The position numbers were made by a program, and so were the translations under genes. From contig OX597818.1 in assembly GCA_951406725.2 (NCBI GenBank), positions 68,634,001 through 68,698,000 of the forward strand: a stretch of 64,000 nt of DNA, read 5' to 3'. The notes beneath the pieces are model-generated. The model did not search any database. It had not been told where the DNA came from and saw only the letters and a list, made by a program, of their open reading frames with translations. The DNA is from Octopus vulgaris (lineage: Eukaryota). Shown here piece after piece: positions 1 through 13,857 of the stretch (positions within the stretch are counted from its first letter, which is position 1; every line of letters starts with the position of its first letter).

Positions 1-58
1 TTCAAAAGTGCAGCAGGGGGCAGGTTTAATCAATTTCCATCATTTTGTAAACAGAGAT

Positions 59-62
<4 letters not shown>

Positions 63-137
<75 letters not shown>

Positions 138-145
138 CTATCTCC
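63..145. repeat. (TC)n-(TATC)n compound microsatellite
   Basis: Directly visible tandem repeats. Confidence 0.95.
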
Positions 146-2177
146 TGCGGCAAAGAATGTTGTTCGATTTTACAAAATTCTCCCAACATTTTTTGGGGGA
201 ACTCAAATTGGATAAAAATTTTCGTTTATTTTGTTGGTGCTAAACAAAGAACTTTGTCACAATTGCTGTCTTAATGTTAAAAGATGTTCATTCACCTTAA
301 ATTCCAAAATTTTGACTGTATTTTATACTTGTCCCTTCATACGGACCGTAGCAAAGATCACAGTGTTTTGACATGGCGTTAGCTAAAAGTAGTCAGGAAA
401 AATTACATTCTATGCTGCTGAAAACGTTTATCAGGCATTTGAATCTACCATTAGGTATAAAAAAAATCTTCCTCCTTAATGGGTGATTGTGGACATGGAA
501 CTGGCCGTTGCCCACAAGAAGCTGACAAACAGGAACACATGTTGAATGCAGTCTTAGAAATCACTGTGAAGTGAATTCAGAGACCAGGGACTGATAAAAG
601 GGAACACAATGAATTCACAATATGACAGAGTAAGTTAAACTTACAGTGAAACAACTTTAGAAATGAAACGACATATATCAGAAATCTCTGGAGAATCTTC
701 TTTGCTGGTAAATTCTCAAGCATTTTGTGTCACTCGTTTTTTAGCAAGGAATTGCTTCTTGTAGATTATATGGTTAAGTATCCATTCTAACAATGAGAAA
801 CCAAACACTTCTGTGTGAGTCCGATTTCTTTTTTTTTTCTTTTTTGAGTATTTTCATAGAATCTTTCAACTGTAATTTCTCCTCTTTTCACACAATATAC
901 ATTTGCAGGATAATTGTCTAGTTTTGTCCTTGATATTGCAATAAAGTTCGTAATTTTATTAACTGCTATTTCTAGCAAAGGTCTCATTTTTTGACAAAAT
1001 ATTACAATAGTAGCAAAAATTATATTTTTATCTTTGTTATTAATTCTTCATCTGGTTGTGCTGCATCCAGAACGGAACCACACTGTTCTTCGACAATTCC
1101 CTAACAGCTCTTTTCAAGATACCACTTACAAACAAAACCAATATATTTTACCACCATCATCATCGTTGTTTTAACATCTGCTTTTCCAAGTTTATATTAG
1201 TTAAAGGAAAGTATGTCAGGGAAGAATTTTCTATGGCCAAATACTCTTCATATTGCTAACGAGCACTTGTTTCTAAGTCAGGTAATTAACTTCTCATCTA
1301 TCAAACAACAAGCATCCAGGACATTTGAAGACCTAGAAACTAATGACGCCTTTTAGATAAGATTTTGGTTACAATTTTACACAACATATCAAGTTGTCCA
1401 GACATGTTTTTGCTGTAGATTGCATGCAAATAACACCAATAGCAAAGCTATTGTTTATTATCAGTGAGGTAAAATCATGTTTAGATAGAGAAAAACAAAC
1501 TCTCATACACACAGAAACACACATATATACTTTTAGTTAAACATCAAGGTTCTCCAGCTTTTCTCTATCAAAACTATGTGCATGGCTTTGGTCGTTTCAA
1601 GTCTGTAGCAGACACTTAGACGAGTCAACAGGCAGTGGGGGAATAATCCATCATGTAATTGATGAGTATACTTGTTAATCACATGGCCTTACTTGTGGCT
1701 ACTCTTCCTAAAATGGAATGGCTGGGAGTGAATTTTTTGATGCTAAACTATGCAGAAGGCAAAAGACGTAGTTCAATGGATTCTGTTCTGATGAAGTGAC
1801 TGGATATGACATGGATGCTGCTTTGGAGAAAACATTTGATGAGCTTCAAAAGAAGCACTTTTCTAGTGAAACATTCAGTTTAAGCATCGCATGAAACAGT
1901 TCACCTCAGGAAAATTATATCCATTGAAGAACAATTAGCAAACAAAAATTAAATTAATGAAGAGAGGAAACAAATAAACTGACATCTCTTAATTAACATA
2001 ATAAGACAAACATTTAATTACATGGTGGTTGCTGTTGTTATTTAACCCAAGGTCAGCTTAGATTTAAGAAAAAGAAACAAATCAAAGTGATGAAAGGAAG
2101 AAATCGTAGCAACAGAAACCACCATTTTTGTCTTTCCATACACAATGCAACTGCAATTTCCTTACCAAAACTATACA

Positions 2178-2401
2178 CAGTAATCCCTCGCCATTTTGCG
2201 GTTCACCTTTCCTGGTTTATTACTTAAGTTTACGTTGATTCATCCATGATGTTGTTTTGCAATTATAATAAAATAAATATATTCAAATTAAGAAAATAAT
2301 TAAAAATATATATATAGTACCCTACTGTTTTTACTGAGTGGATTTTCACCTATCGTGGGGGGTTTGGGAACATAACACCTATGATAGTCAAGGGTTTACT
2401 G
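2178..2401. mobile_element. Tigger/pogo-like MITE
   Basis: Imperfect terminal inverted repeats cagtaatccctcg / caagggtttactg, TA on the right flank, AT-rich non-coding interior. Confidence 0.6.
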
Positions 2402-3024
2402 TATTTATCATTATTATTTAATTTTGTTTTGTACCTCACCTCTATGAAGGAATTTAGGTGGGTCAACTCTAGGATATCAAGTCACGATCTGTGACCTCAG
2501 TCATTCAAGAAATACCTTTGCTATTTTTAACAATCTGGCCAGTTGTATGTATTCTATGTGCCTTTGTGAGCCATTTTTTCTGCCCATTCCTTGAGCCTCT
2601 TCCCCATCTTTCAAAAGGTTTCTCTGACAATTGGTACAACCTCATTTTTTCTGCAACCCCACAATCTGCTGACTTCCCTCTTCAGGCTCCAACACAATTC
2701 CAATGTTTTCATATGTTTTCCTTCTTTTATTTTTGTCTGAAATGGACAGACCACATCAATTATGTAGCAAGTCCATTTTCTCTACTCAAGCGCCAAAACA
2801 TCTGGTCTGTTATGCTCTGCAACATGATCCATTTGGAGAGTCCCAAAGATGTTTAACCTCTTCGCTCTCCCTCCCTTTTCCAGGTGTAGCTTCATATCAC
2901 TTGTCTCCTGGTGGAAGTCTGAACTTCTTAAACATTTCCCAGTGGAGCATCTCTTCATTTCTTCATTATTTTATTTTTGTTGTTATTCTTGTCATCATCA
3001 TCATCATCATTATCATTATAATGC

Positions 3025-3233
3025 AGTGAGCTGGCAGAAATGTTAGCATGCTGGGTGAAATGATTAACGGTATTTCATCTGTCTTTATGTTCTGAGTTCA
3101 AATTCCGCTAAGGTCGACTTTGCCTTTCATCATTTTGGAGTCGATAAATTAAGTACCCATTTCATACTGGGGTCGATCTAATCGACTGGCTCCCTCTCCA
3201 AAAATTTTGAGCCTTGTGCCTAAAGTAGAAAAG
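3025..3233 (+). mobile_element. tRNA-derived SINE, family 1
   Basis: Head gtgagctggcagaa, B-box-like gagttcaaattcc, body ctttgcctttcatc...gtcgataaattaagtacc; at least six similar copies in this window. Confidence 0.85.
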
Positions 3234-3937
3234 ATTATTATTATTGAGTGAGAAAGTAGTGTATGCCATCAAAGTGACACTAGGATGAAATATAAACATC
3301 ATGACTATCCATCTGATAAGGGTACACCAGACACATGCATCACAACCTTATGTGAACGACATGGTGATCTCATATTAAAGTAATCAGCACATGACCTTGC
3401 AGGTGGAGCCCAGTTAGAATTTTCATCCGGTCGAATAACTCATGTCGCTCAAAAGGTCCCTGAATAAGGGTTGTTTAAGGATGTTGAACGAAACACCCAT
3501 GTTTCCAAAGGAGAATTATTCAAACCCCAAAGAATCCCTCTCAACACATGGCTATGATGCTCCCCCACTATTTCTACTCGTGATCAGAGATGCACATATC
3601 GTCAGCCACTAAGGAACATGCTCAACTGGTTAAGGTCAAACAACTGACAAGCATAAATGTGGTATTGAGTAGAATATTTGCTGTAGCCCATCTTTTATAT
3701 CAAAACAAAACAATGTACATGATAACACTTCCAGTCTATTAAGATCAGAAGCCATGAGAACCAGTGCCTGGTACTGCATCAGGGCATTTATTATTGTTGT
3801 TGTTGTTGTTGTTATGATGTTGGTGCATGCTAATTTAGTTAGCAGGTGTTTTATCTTGATGCATGGAGACACAGAGTCTCCTCAAATCTCAAAAATCTTT
3901 TCTTAGGATTCTTTCAGAATACATAATGGTACTTTTC

Positions 3938-4380
3938 GGGCATAGGAGTGGTTGTGTGGTAAGTAGCTTGCTTACAAACCACGTCATTCCAGGTTCAGTC
4001 CCACAGTGTGGCACCTTGGGCAAGTGTCTTCTACTATAGCCTTGGTCAAAACAAAGCCTTGTGAGTGGATTTGTTAGACAGAAACTGAAAGAAGCCAGTC
4101 ATCATCATCATCATCATATATATATATATATATGTGTATGTATGTATGTAAATATGTATGTGTGTGTATATGTTTGTGTGTCTGTATTTGATCCCCCAAC
4201 ATCACTTGACAACCAATGCTGGTGTGTTTATGTCCCCATAACTTAGCGGTTCAGCAAAAAGGACTGATAGAATAAGTATTAGGCTTACAAAGGATGAGCT
4301 TTGCGATCGATTTGCTCGACTTAAGGCAGTGCTCCAGCATGGCCGCAGTCAAATGACTAAAACAAGTAAAAGAATAAAAG
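3938..4380 (+). mobile_element. tRNA-derived SINE, family 2 (internal microsatellite)
   Basis: Head ggagtggttgtgtggtaag...ggttcagtccc, segment ccttgggcaagtgtc, internal (TA/TG)n, tail ctccagcatggccgcagtcaaatgact..aacaagtaaaagaataaaag; repeated at 41.7, 45.2, 61.0 and 62.2 kb. Confidence 0.85.
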
Positions 4381-4790
4381 AACCAACAATGGTGGTGCTC
4401 CAGCATGGCCACAGTGGGTGAGCTGAAACTAGATATTTTAAAAAAATGCAAGTTTCAGTTCCAATCTCTTTTGATTGTTGTTGCTGCTGTTGTTATTTAA
4501 GAAAGATTTTGCTGTTATTTCCAGCAGGTCAAGCAACAGGAATTATCAAGCTGGAGTTCCATGGTCGTATGTTGTATGAGCATCATTGATCACTCATGGC
4601 TGACTCTAGCAAAACGGTAACAGGCACTCACACACACACACACACACACTGAGCGTCATACGCATATACACATAATTACTCATACTCACAGAATCACATG
4701 CATGCATGTGCACCAGATACACTCACATATGCACACACATGCTCAGAGAATCGCACAAAAAATATAAAACACAATTTAATAGCAGTAACA

Positions 4791-5105
<315 letters not shown>

Positions 5106-5431
5106 AATGATTGTAATAAATTACGAAGTGAACGTAATCTAACAAACAAAATTATCTTTTGATTTCAATGATAATTGGTGGGGAAAGCCTGCATTTGCTA
5201 CAAAATACCTAATTAGAAATTATAAAGTCAGGGCCCCTCTAATTAGAAACATAATATTTTTCACATCATAAGACTCATTTAGCTGATCATATCATTAATC
5301 AACTGTTAGTTGGTTATTCCATAATTTCTGCAACCATTTTACTTGGCTCATCATTCACCAAATTGGCGCTGCATCAAGAGATAGCCTACTGATTGTGTTC
5401 TCTATTACTCCAGAGGTTTTTAAAATCTGTG

Positions 5432-5531
5432 TGCACATATACATACATACACACACACACACACATATATACATACATACATACATACATACATACACAC
5501 ACATATATATATATAAGCATATATGTGTGTG

Positions 5532-5575
<44 letters not shown>

Positions 5576-5630
5576 TATATATATTTATATGCATATGCAT
5601 ATGTAAACAATCCTATACACACACACATAT

Positions 5631-5714
<84 letters not shown>

Positions 5715-5834
5715 ATATTGTATGTGTGTGCATATAATCATTTGTATGAATATATATATATATGTTTGTATGCATAGGCATATATATTTTTGTACATATG
5801 TAGCTACATGCATGCATATTTGTGTGTGTGTCTG

Positions 5835-5910
<76 letters not shown>

Positions 5911-5922
5911 AACACACACACA
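5432..5922. repeat. (AT)n/(AC)n/(GT)n microsatellite field
   Basis: Directly visible. Confidence 0.95.
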
Positions 5923-7010
5923 CAGTGTGTCCCAAAATAATGTATACACACTTGGAATGATTATGAAGCCAGTGTTTTGTTTTTAAATACTTTTCATTTT
6001 CAGTATTAAGTAAAGTCTACAGAGAGAAGAATTCTTATTTTTTATGAACGTCAGATTTCAAACTAAAAAACATTCTGGCCCTACAAAGCAATGGAATTGT
6101 GAACATCAAAAAATATTTTGGTTAGCATCTGAACACACTCAAGTTCCTTGACTGTGCACAGTTTGCCAACTGTTGCCCTATACAAACGGTCAGTGTTTTG
6201 AGGGCTGGTCTATGTAAAGTTTATTCTACCAAACCTCTTTGTCCTATCAGTTTTCTAAAACCCCACTCTTATTTCTTTATTGCTCATAAGGGGCTAAACA
6301 TAGAGGGGACACACAAGGACAGACAAAGGGATTAAGTCGATTACATCGACCCCAGTGCTCAACTGGTACTTAATTTATTGACACTGAAAGGATGAAAGGC
6401 AAAGTCAACCTCGGTGGAATTTGAACTCAGAATGTAATGGCAGACGAAATGCCGCTAAGCATTTCGCCCGGCGTGCTAACGTTTCTGTCCCACTCTTGGT
6501 GGGCCCTTATATTACTATGGAAGAGTGAAGGTAATCCATCTGGCTGAAAAGAAATCCCCATATCTCCAAAGTCTTCTTGAGCACTTGGCATGACAGATTA
6601 TCCCAGCAAGTTCAAATAAATGGGATCAGTCATAGTTACATCAAATGAAAATAGTTCAATTTAATCCGTTTGATGGTATCTTGCACCATAAGGTTACTCC
6701 AAGAGATTGACATGATATTCCTCAATAATAAATGGTTACTCAGGTAGGTACACTTGTGGCAGTTGATTGGACCGTTTAATTTAAATGCAGTCTTAATATT
6801 CCAAGCAATATTTGTTGGAAAGTGTATATCATCTACATGTCTTGCCAAATCCCATTTACAAACCTCCATCTTGTGGTCTGAGCCTTCTTTATTGAAAGCA
6901 GAGATCTTCCTGGCAATGTAACATTTTTAATGAGTGTTTCAGAAGGCAAGAGGGGATTGATTTCGATTTGCCTATCTCACAACATACTTGCTGCAGAGAT
7001 TTTCTTAGAC
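5923..7010 (-). mobile_element. Degenerate IS630-Tc1-mariner transposon remnant, interrupted by a SINE
   Basis: TIR-like cagtgtgtcccaaaat at 5923. Minus-strand peptides WNIKTAFKLNGPINCHKCTY (cf. WSDEAxFxLNGxVNxHNC) and FQPDGLPSLFHSNIR (cf. FQQDGAPPHFxxxVR). Confidence 0.65.
6272..6488 (-). mobile_element. SINE family 1 copy
   Basis: Reverse-complement similarity to 3025-3233. Confidence 0.85.
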
Positions 7011-7177
7011 TCCGACAATCATCATCATCATCATCATTTAACATCCGCTTTCCACGCTGGCATGGGTTGGACGGTTTTTACTGAGTGTTGGTTAGCCAGA
7101 AGGTTGCACCAGGCTCCAATCCAGGACAATGTTCTCAATACATGTGACCAGATACCAGTTAACACAATTTATTATTA

Positions 7178-7236
<59 letters not shown>

Positions 7237-7248
7237 GTTATTATTATT

Positions 7249-7455
7249 AGGTGGCAAGCTGGTAGTATTGTTATTATGCCGAGCAAGATGCTTAGTGGTA
7301 TTTCCCCTGTCTTTATGTTCTGAGTTCAACTTTCACCAAAGTCGAATTTCATCCTTTTGGGGTCGATGAAATAAGTACTAAATATGTACTGGAGCTAATG
7401 TAATCAACAAGTCCCATCCCTACAAATTTCAGGCCTTGTGCCTATAATAGAAAGA
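7249..7455 (+). mobile_element. SINE family 1 copy
   Basis: Similar to 3025-3233; inserted in an (ATT)n tract. Confidence 0.85.
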
Positions 7456-7484
7456 ATTGCTGCTATTATTATTATTATTGACAA

Positions 7485-7913
7485 GCAACAAAGACCTTTG
7501 GAGATATTCCATGTTTGAGAAGACCTGGCAATCCAAGTGAGATTGTGGCTGTGGTCGATGCCAGTGTTGCGTAACTGGCCCGTTTAAAAATACCCTTAAA
7601 CCAACAGGCAACATGCTGTGCTTAAGAAGACCTGCTGAGTCAAGTGAAATTGTAGTTGTGGCTGATGCCAGTGCCACCTGACTGGACCCTGTGCCAGTAG
7701 CATGTAAAAAGCACCCACTACACTACATTCATAACGTTGGCATTAGAAATGGCATCCAGCTGTAGAAGCTTTGCCGTGTCAGATTGGAGCCTGGTGCAGC
7801 TCCACAGCTTACCAGTTTTCAGTCAAACTGTCCAACCCATGCCAGCAGGCAAAGCAGATATTAAATGATGACGACGACGACGACGATGATGATGATGACG
7901 ATGATGATGATGA
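7485..7913 (+). mobile_element. RTE LINE 3' UTR fragment with (GAT)n tail
   Basis: ggcatccagctgtaga...tccaacccatgccagc...gatgatgat resembles the 3' end of the RTE at 25596-27185. Confidence 0.75.
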
Positions 7914-8177
7914 AGGTTAACATGCTATGTATTAGACAATAGTCATACTGTCTTGAGGCTTGGTGATAAAAAGTCTCTTCAAATCTCAAGAATCTGTCTC
8001 AGAATTCTTACTAATTACAGTGTTGCAATTTACTGCAAATTAATTAAATGAGTCTTAGGTGGGAAGTTTGGGTGTAGCGTCGAGGGAGCTGGTTACCATG
8101 ATGAGGATGAGTGTGGTGGTGGTGGTGGTGGTGGTGGTGGTAGTGATGGTGATGATGATGCGACATGGTACAGAATA

Positions 8178-8377
8178 TTCTTTTCTACTCTAGGCACAAG
8201 GACCAAAATTTTGGGGGAGGGGTCCAATCGATTAAATCGACCCCAGTACACAATTTATTGACCTCAAAAGGATGAAGGCAAAATCGACCTCAGCAGAATT
8301 TGGACTCAGAATGTAAAGACAGACGAAATACTGCTAAGCATTTCGCTCAGCATGTTAACGTTTCTGCCAGCTCACCA
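8178..8377 (-). mobile_element. SINE family 1 copy
   Basis: Reverse-complement similarity to 3025-3233. Confidence 0.85.
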
Positions 8378-9025
8378 CCGTCACAGTACAGAATATAACA
8401 TCCACATAACTCATTGCTTTACTATCTCCTGGTCTATTACGTTAATCCTTTTCCCTTTTATTAAGAATATAATTATTTTCTTAGTCCAACCTTGTTGCTT
8501 ATCCCTTCTAGTAATTTTCCAATTCCATCTGCTCCTATTGCCCCTGTGTGAGGGAGATTAGGTATATTCCATCCATATTATCTCTGAGATGATAATTTCA
8601 GGTTGTTGTCAGTAACTTCCAAGTTTTTTGTCTTACATTTTCACTTAATTTAATTTGTACTTCCAAGTGCTGGAGCTGGGGCTTATAACTTGGATGTCTA
8701 TGGCTATGGTATTTCCTACCAATTATTTTATTCCTTGTAATATGCCAGACCATCTCCCCGTTTACATAAGGAGTGATATTCAGAAAAGGCTGAGCAGCAC
8801 TACGATAAATATTGACACTCCACTTCAGTATTGAGTACTTCTCTCTTTGTAAACTTTTGGTCTGCATATTCAAATACAAGTAAACAATGTAAATATATAT
8901 ATATTTACATAAAAATCCATGTGTGTGGATGTGTATGTGTGTGCATATGTATCTGTATATATATGCACACACACCACACACACAGAGCTATATATATACA
9001 CACACACACGATGATGATGATGATA

Positions 9026-9191
<166 letters not shown>

Positions 9192-9712
9192 AATATGAGG
9201 GAGTGAGAGAGAGAGAGAGAGAGAAAGTAAAAGAGCAGGATAAAGAGAGAGAGAGAAAGAAACACCAAAAAGAAAAGGAAGAAGACATTGTGATGGGGGT
9301 GAGAGTGAAAAGTTTTATTCCCTAAAAAACCTTTCATATAAAATTCATCAGTTTTCTAAAATTTTTTCCTTCATCGAGAAATATTGAGACAAAAATATTG
9401 ACATTTATAATTTACTTTTATTTTCTTCTCCAAGTAGAAACTTCTTTAGTTTTTTTTATTATCTTCATTTTAAATGAAAAATACCAAATTTGATACATAA
9501 CTGGAATATCTCTGGAATAAAAAAAATTATTAAAAGTTTTGGTAAATTAAATAAATCCTGTAAACATGTCTTTTGCGTTTCTAAAGAATTGTATAAATTC
9601 TAGCCTTACAATAATATTCTGCACTTGATTATTCCAAATCAACTTCAAGCAGGGAGCTCTCAGAATCGTTAGCATCCCTGACGAAATGCTCAGCAATATT
9701 TTAACCATTCTC

Positions 9713-9937
9713 AAGGTGGCAAGCTGGTAGAATCGTTAGCATGCTGGGCAAAATGCTTAGCAGTATTTCATCTGTCTTTACATTCTGAGTTCAAATTCTG
9801 CCAGGGTTGACTTTGCCTTTCAGCCTTTCGGGGTCGATAAATTAAGTACCGGAGAAACACAAACACTAGGCTTGATGTAATTGACTTACCCACACTGCCA
9901 CCAAAAATTTCAGGCCTTGCGCCTTTAGTAGAAAGGA
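9713..9937 (+). mobile_element. SINE family 1 copy (preceded by a partial head at ~9652-9700)
   Basis: Similar to 3025-3233. Confidence 0.85.
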
Positions 9938-10031
9938 ATACTTTCTTTTATTCTTTTACTTGTTTCAGTCATTTGACTGCAACCATGCTGGAGCACAGCC
10001 TTTAGTTGAAGAAATCGACCCCAGGACTTAT

Positions 10032-10204
10032 ACAGTTCTAAATTTAAGAGATGAGGAATTATTTACATTATTTACATCTGACAGATATTTGTTCTCGTCT
10101 TGTTTGTTGTTAACACAACGTTTCGGCTGATATACCCTCCAGCCTTCATCAGGTGTCTTGGGGAAATTTCAAACCTGTGTTCCCATTTCCAACGTATTTT
10201 TCAA

Positions 10205-10260
<56 letters not shown>

Positions 10261-10513
10261 CTACTAATCCCAAGATTCCGAGTTCAATTCCAGGCAGTGA
10301 ACTGAATAATAATAACAACAACAACAACAACAACGACAATGACGACAACAATAACAACAATAATAATAGCATTGAAAAATACCTTAGGAATGAGAACCCA
10401 GGTTTCAAATTTCCCCAAGACACCTGATGAAGGTTGGAGGGTACATCAACGAAAACGTGTTAACAACAAAGACGAGGACAAATATCCGTCAAATGTAAAT
10501 AAGGTAAATAATA
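10032..10513. mobile_element. Fold-back mini-element A: inverted dimer of a tRNA-head/(TAA)n/hammerhead unit (Penelope-related, non-autonomous)
   Basis: Left and right arms are reverse complements; the centre retains a partial tRNA head (ggctactaatccc...gagttcaattcc); same family as 46394-46976. Confidence 0.8.
10112..10157 (-). ncRNA. Minimal type I hammerhead ribozyme motif
   Basis: Minus strand reads GACAC CUGAUGA A GGCUG gaggguauau CAGCC GAAA CG UU GUGUU: stem I GACAC/GUGUU, stem II GGCUG/CAGCC, palindromic stem III AACGUU. Confidence 0.8.
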
Positions 10514-11798
10514 AACAGCAACAATATTGAAAAATACATAATCATTCAATAGATTTGATCTGTGTCTAGACTAATTACTGCATCGTTAGAATTCCACATC
10601 ATTGTTTTTCACATCCACTTTCCGAAACAGCTTGTTTTGTGAAATTGCTTTGGAAACAGCAGCTAACTTCAGTTATATGAGACTGAACCATTATATGAAG
10701 GACAAAGCCACATAGCATCAGCATGGAGTTTGTTAGAAGTTGCAAAGGACCCTACTGTGGTGTCGAACCTGACAACACATGAAGTCTATTCTCACCCGTA
10801 AGCAGATAGAGGCCACCATGAAGAAATTCTGAAGTTTGCAGTAACTTTGTTACACGAGGCTTAGGTTAATCTATTTTATAACAAGACAAAATGTATGTTT
10901 CAGAATGTCTGTGGTACGTGTTTAATTTCTGCATTTCTTTTAACGACTTTGCTTTCATTTATGTACATTGTAAATAAACTCTTCTGAAAGCAAATGTCAT
11001 TCCTTGCTGCAGTTTGTCTAAGTAATTCTAAGCACTACTTTTCTCTCCCCCTCTACAGAATGGTTCTCTATTGAAAAAGAAGCATTCAACTATAAAAGAT
11101 TTCTATTCAAAAAAGGAAAACACAAAATTCGAAAATTTTGAAAACCATTTCAGCCATTTTAACACAGAGGAATAGAAGAAATCAGTCGATAAGGAACTCC
11201 CCCCCAAAAAAAAAAGTAAAAGAAAAGCTCAAAAATATATTTATTGAATTAAAGTCAATGACGCACCTGTTGTAAAGTGAAATTTTGAAATTAAAGGTGT
11301 TTGTATTTAGAAGTTTTGGAGTGTTTTATTTACAGAAGAACATGATCTGCTTTTAAATTTGGTGAAATAGTTTCCGATATTTACATCAGGAAGGAATTCA
11401 GGCAGGAGTTCCATAGATTGCTGCTACTACTGCCCCATCCAAGAATGTGGGATGTAGGTGGGTTAGGGGGAGGGATATGAAGATCACATTGTGTGGAGGA
11501 CGTTGTTGATCAGTCACAAGTCAGTTCTGATTGAGGAGACTTACGATTGATTGCCTTCCACTCACTAACATTCCAGATTTGGTGTATAAGTACATATATT
11601 TATTTGTGTGTGTGAGTAAGAATATATATGTATGTGTGTGTGTGTATTATGTAATTAAAACAAGTTTAACTTTTTAATTCAAGTGGAGAATAATTCTATT
11701 CTGTGTTAAATATACGAAAAATAAAGATATATAGATATGCTTTCACAGAATGAATGCTCAAAGTTCAACTGAAATTATACTGGTATACGTATTCTTAA

Positions 11799-12018
11799 CC
11801 CTTTTGATACCAACCTGGCTGAAACCATCTCTGGCTCTGTCGTACAAATGTCTTGTTTTCATAAGATTTGATTTAAAATCTTCCACCAAACCTTAGTCAC
11901 AATTAATGCTCCAAACATTAGCGTAATGATAACTAAGTTATTTTACTAAATTCTTTGTTATATTTAAAATTAATTTTAAAAAACAGAGCATCTCAAAATA
12001 ATTATGGTAATGAAAGGG
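11799..12018. mobile_element. piggyBac-like MITE
   Basis: TTAA on both sides; TIRs cccttttgatacc / ggtaatgaaaggg; a decayed related copy in reverse at ~43083-43265. Confidence 0.8.
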
Positions 12019-12469
12019 TTAAGGTGAGTTTAATAAATGCAATTTATATAAATGGATATAACAAAAGCATAAAGAGAAGGAACAAGGAAAATTAAGGAGT
12101 CACTTGTTGCTTCAAATCTTTTTTTTATAGAAAAAGGTTTTAGTATCTACCTTTTTTTCAAATTTGCAGCTAAAGGCAGAGATTTTTTCAGTATACAAAA
12201 GAGTCATATTTTTCACTGATTTCAGCCCTTAAAGTTTTATGCAATTATTCCATAAGTTTTCCCAATTTTTCCAGATTGAAAACTATGTGCAGTTTAATGG
12301 TTAAATAGGCAAGCTGCTTATGACATTTCTATATATATATAGTACAACTGTCTATCTACTCACATACAAGTATCTCACACCCATGCACCACACACATTTA
12401 ATGTCTTTGAGAAAATTCAGGCTGGTTACTAACAAGACTTTTTGAGTTAAGAGAATTCCTGTTGTTTGC

Positions 12470-13075
12470 ATGAGGTGGTATCAAAAGATTTCTGAACTAA
12501 TTATGTTTAGTAGAAAATAACCCAATTACCTAAGTTTGAACATCATCTCCCTCGAAATAGTCACCTGGTGCAACAATACACCAGTCCCAGAGTTCCTGCC
12601 ATCTTTGGAATCCAGTCTGGAAGTAATTTTCTATAAGGAAGTCGAGAATCTTCTGCAATTCACTCAGCATCTCGAAAATAATGTTAAAACAGCAACCTTT
12701 GATATATATTTTCCTCTTGTAGAAGAGATGGAAGTCCACAGATGCTAAATCTGATGAATAGGCTGGGTACAGAAGCAATGCCATATTGCTTTTGGTAAGA
12801 AACAAGTGAGGAAAGTTCTATGAAGAATCTAATTTTCCATGCCCCGAAGATAAATATTCGATAAATATTCTCGCTCAAATGCTTTCGATAAATATCCTTC
12901 CTCAAATTCTTCAAAACATCACAGTAGAACTTTCAGTCGATGGTCTGACCCTGGACGATGGATTCGCTATGCACAATACCACATTTCTGGGGATGACACT
13001 CATGGAACGACTTCCAGATTGCTCATCATCTTCCAGGGATGTTCTTTTGCTTTTGAAGTGCCAATGCCACCCAGA
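12470..13075 (-). mobile_element. mariner transposase remnant (internally deleted)
   Basis: Minus ORF 12530-12805 YPAYSSDLASVDFHLF...WQELWDWCIVAPGDYFEGD matches the mariner YSPDLAPxD...YFEGD C-terminus; upstream QGQTID.KFYCDVLKNLR; TIR-like gaggtggtatcaaaa at ~12473. Confidence 0.85.
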
Positions 13076-13217
13076 ACATTACACACGACACACACACATA
13101 TATATTACAGTGGGATATACTGGTTTATGGGGTTGCCTTGGGTTTCTCTCTCATGAGGGGTTTGGCCTTATGGCATATCTTCAGACTTCAAACACTGCTG
13201 GCCTGAGACCTCTGTAA

Positions 13218-13580
13218 ATCATCATCATCATCATCGTTTAACGTCTGCTTTCCATGCTGGCATGGGTTAGACGGTTCAACTGGGGTCTGGGAAGCCAGAA
13301 GGCTGCACCAGACCAGTCAGATCTGGCAGTGTTTCTACAGCTGGATGCCCTTCCTAACGCCAACCACTCCGTGAGTGTAGTGGGTGCTTTTTAAGTGCCA
13401 CTGACACAGGTGCCAGACGAGGCTGGCGAACAGCCACGCTCGGATGGTGTTTTTTATGTGCCACTGACACAGGTGCCAGACGAGGCTGGCGAACAGCCAT
13501 GCTCGGATGGTGTTTTTTATGTGCCACCGACACAGGTGCCAGATGAGGCTGGCGAATGGCCACGCTCAGATGGTGTTTTA
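13218..13580 (-). mobile_element. RTE LINE 3' UTR fragment with three ~60-bp tandem units
   Basis: Close reverse complement of ~26755-27180, including the repeat unit gtgccac(t/c)gacacaggtgccagacgaggctggcgaacagccacgctcggatggtg. Confidence 0.85.
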
Positions 13581-13857
13581 TTTGCATTCAATATGCCTGA
13601 AACTTGTAGCATTTATGAGGAACTTTACGTGTTCTTGGATTTTCGTTATGGTTCTTAACTCCAAGTGTCCAGTATCGTTACAGCCAAATAATAAACCTAA
13701 CTGAACTTTAACGAATATAAAACCTCACATAGATCATTCCTCTATTGCAATTTAACCTCTTGCTGCCATGCATTTCTAAAATAATTTTGTTTTGCCTGCA
13801 TTAAAAGTTTTGGAAGGTGTGTAACATTCATTTTGTTATTTTTCAAATTCTTTAGAG

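Noticed and set aside
145-760. Possible decayed transposase sequence
   Set aside because: No diagnostic motif could be read in any frame.
3245-3812. Probable interspersed repeat between (ATT)n/(GTT)n tracts
   Set aside because: Only one copy in the window and no coding motif, so it cannot be classified from the sequence alone.
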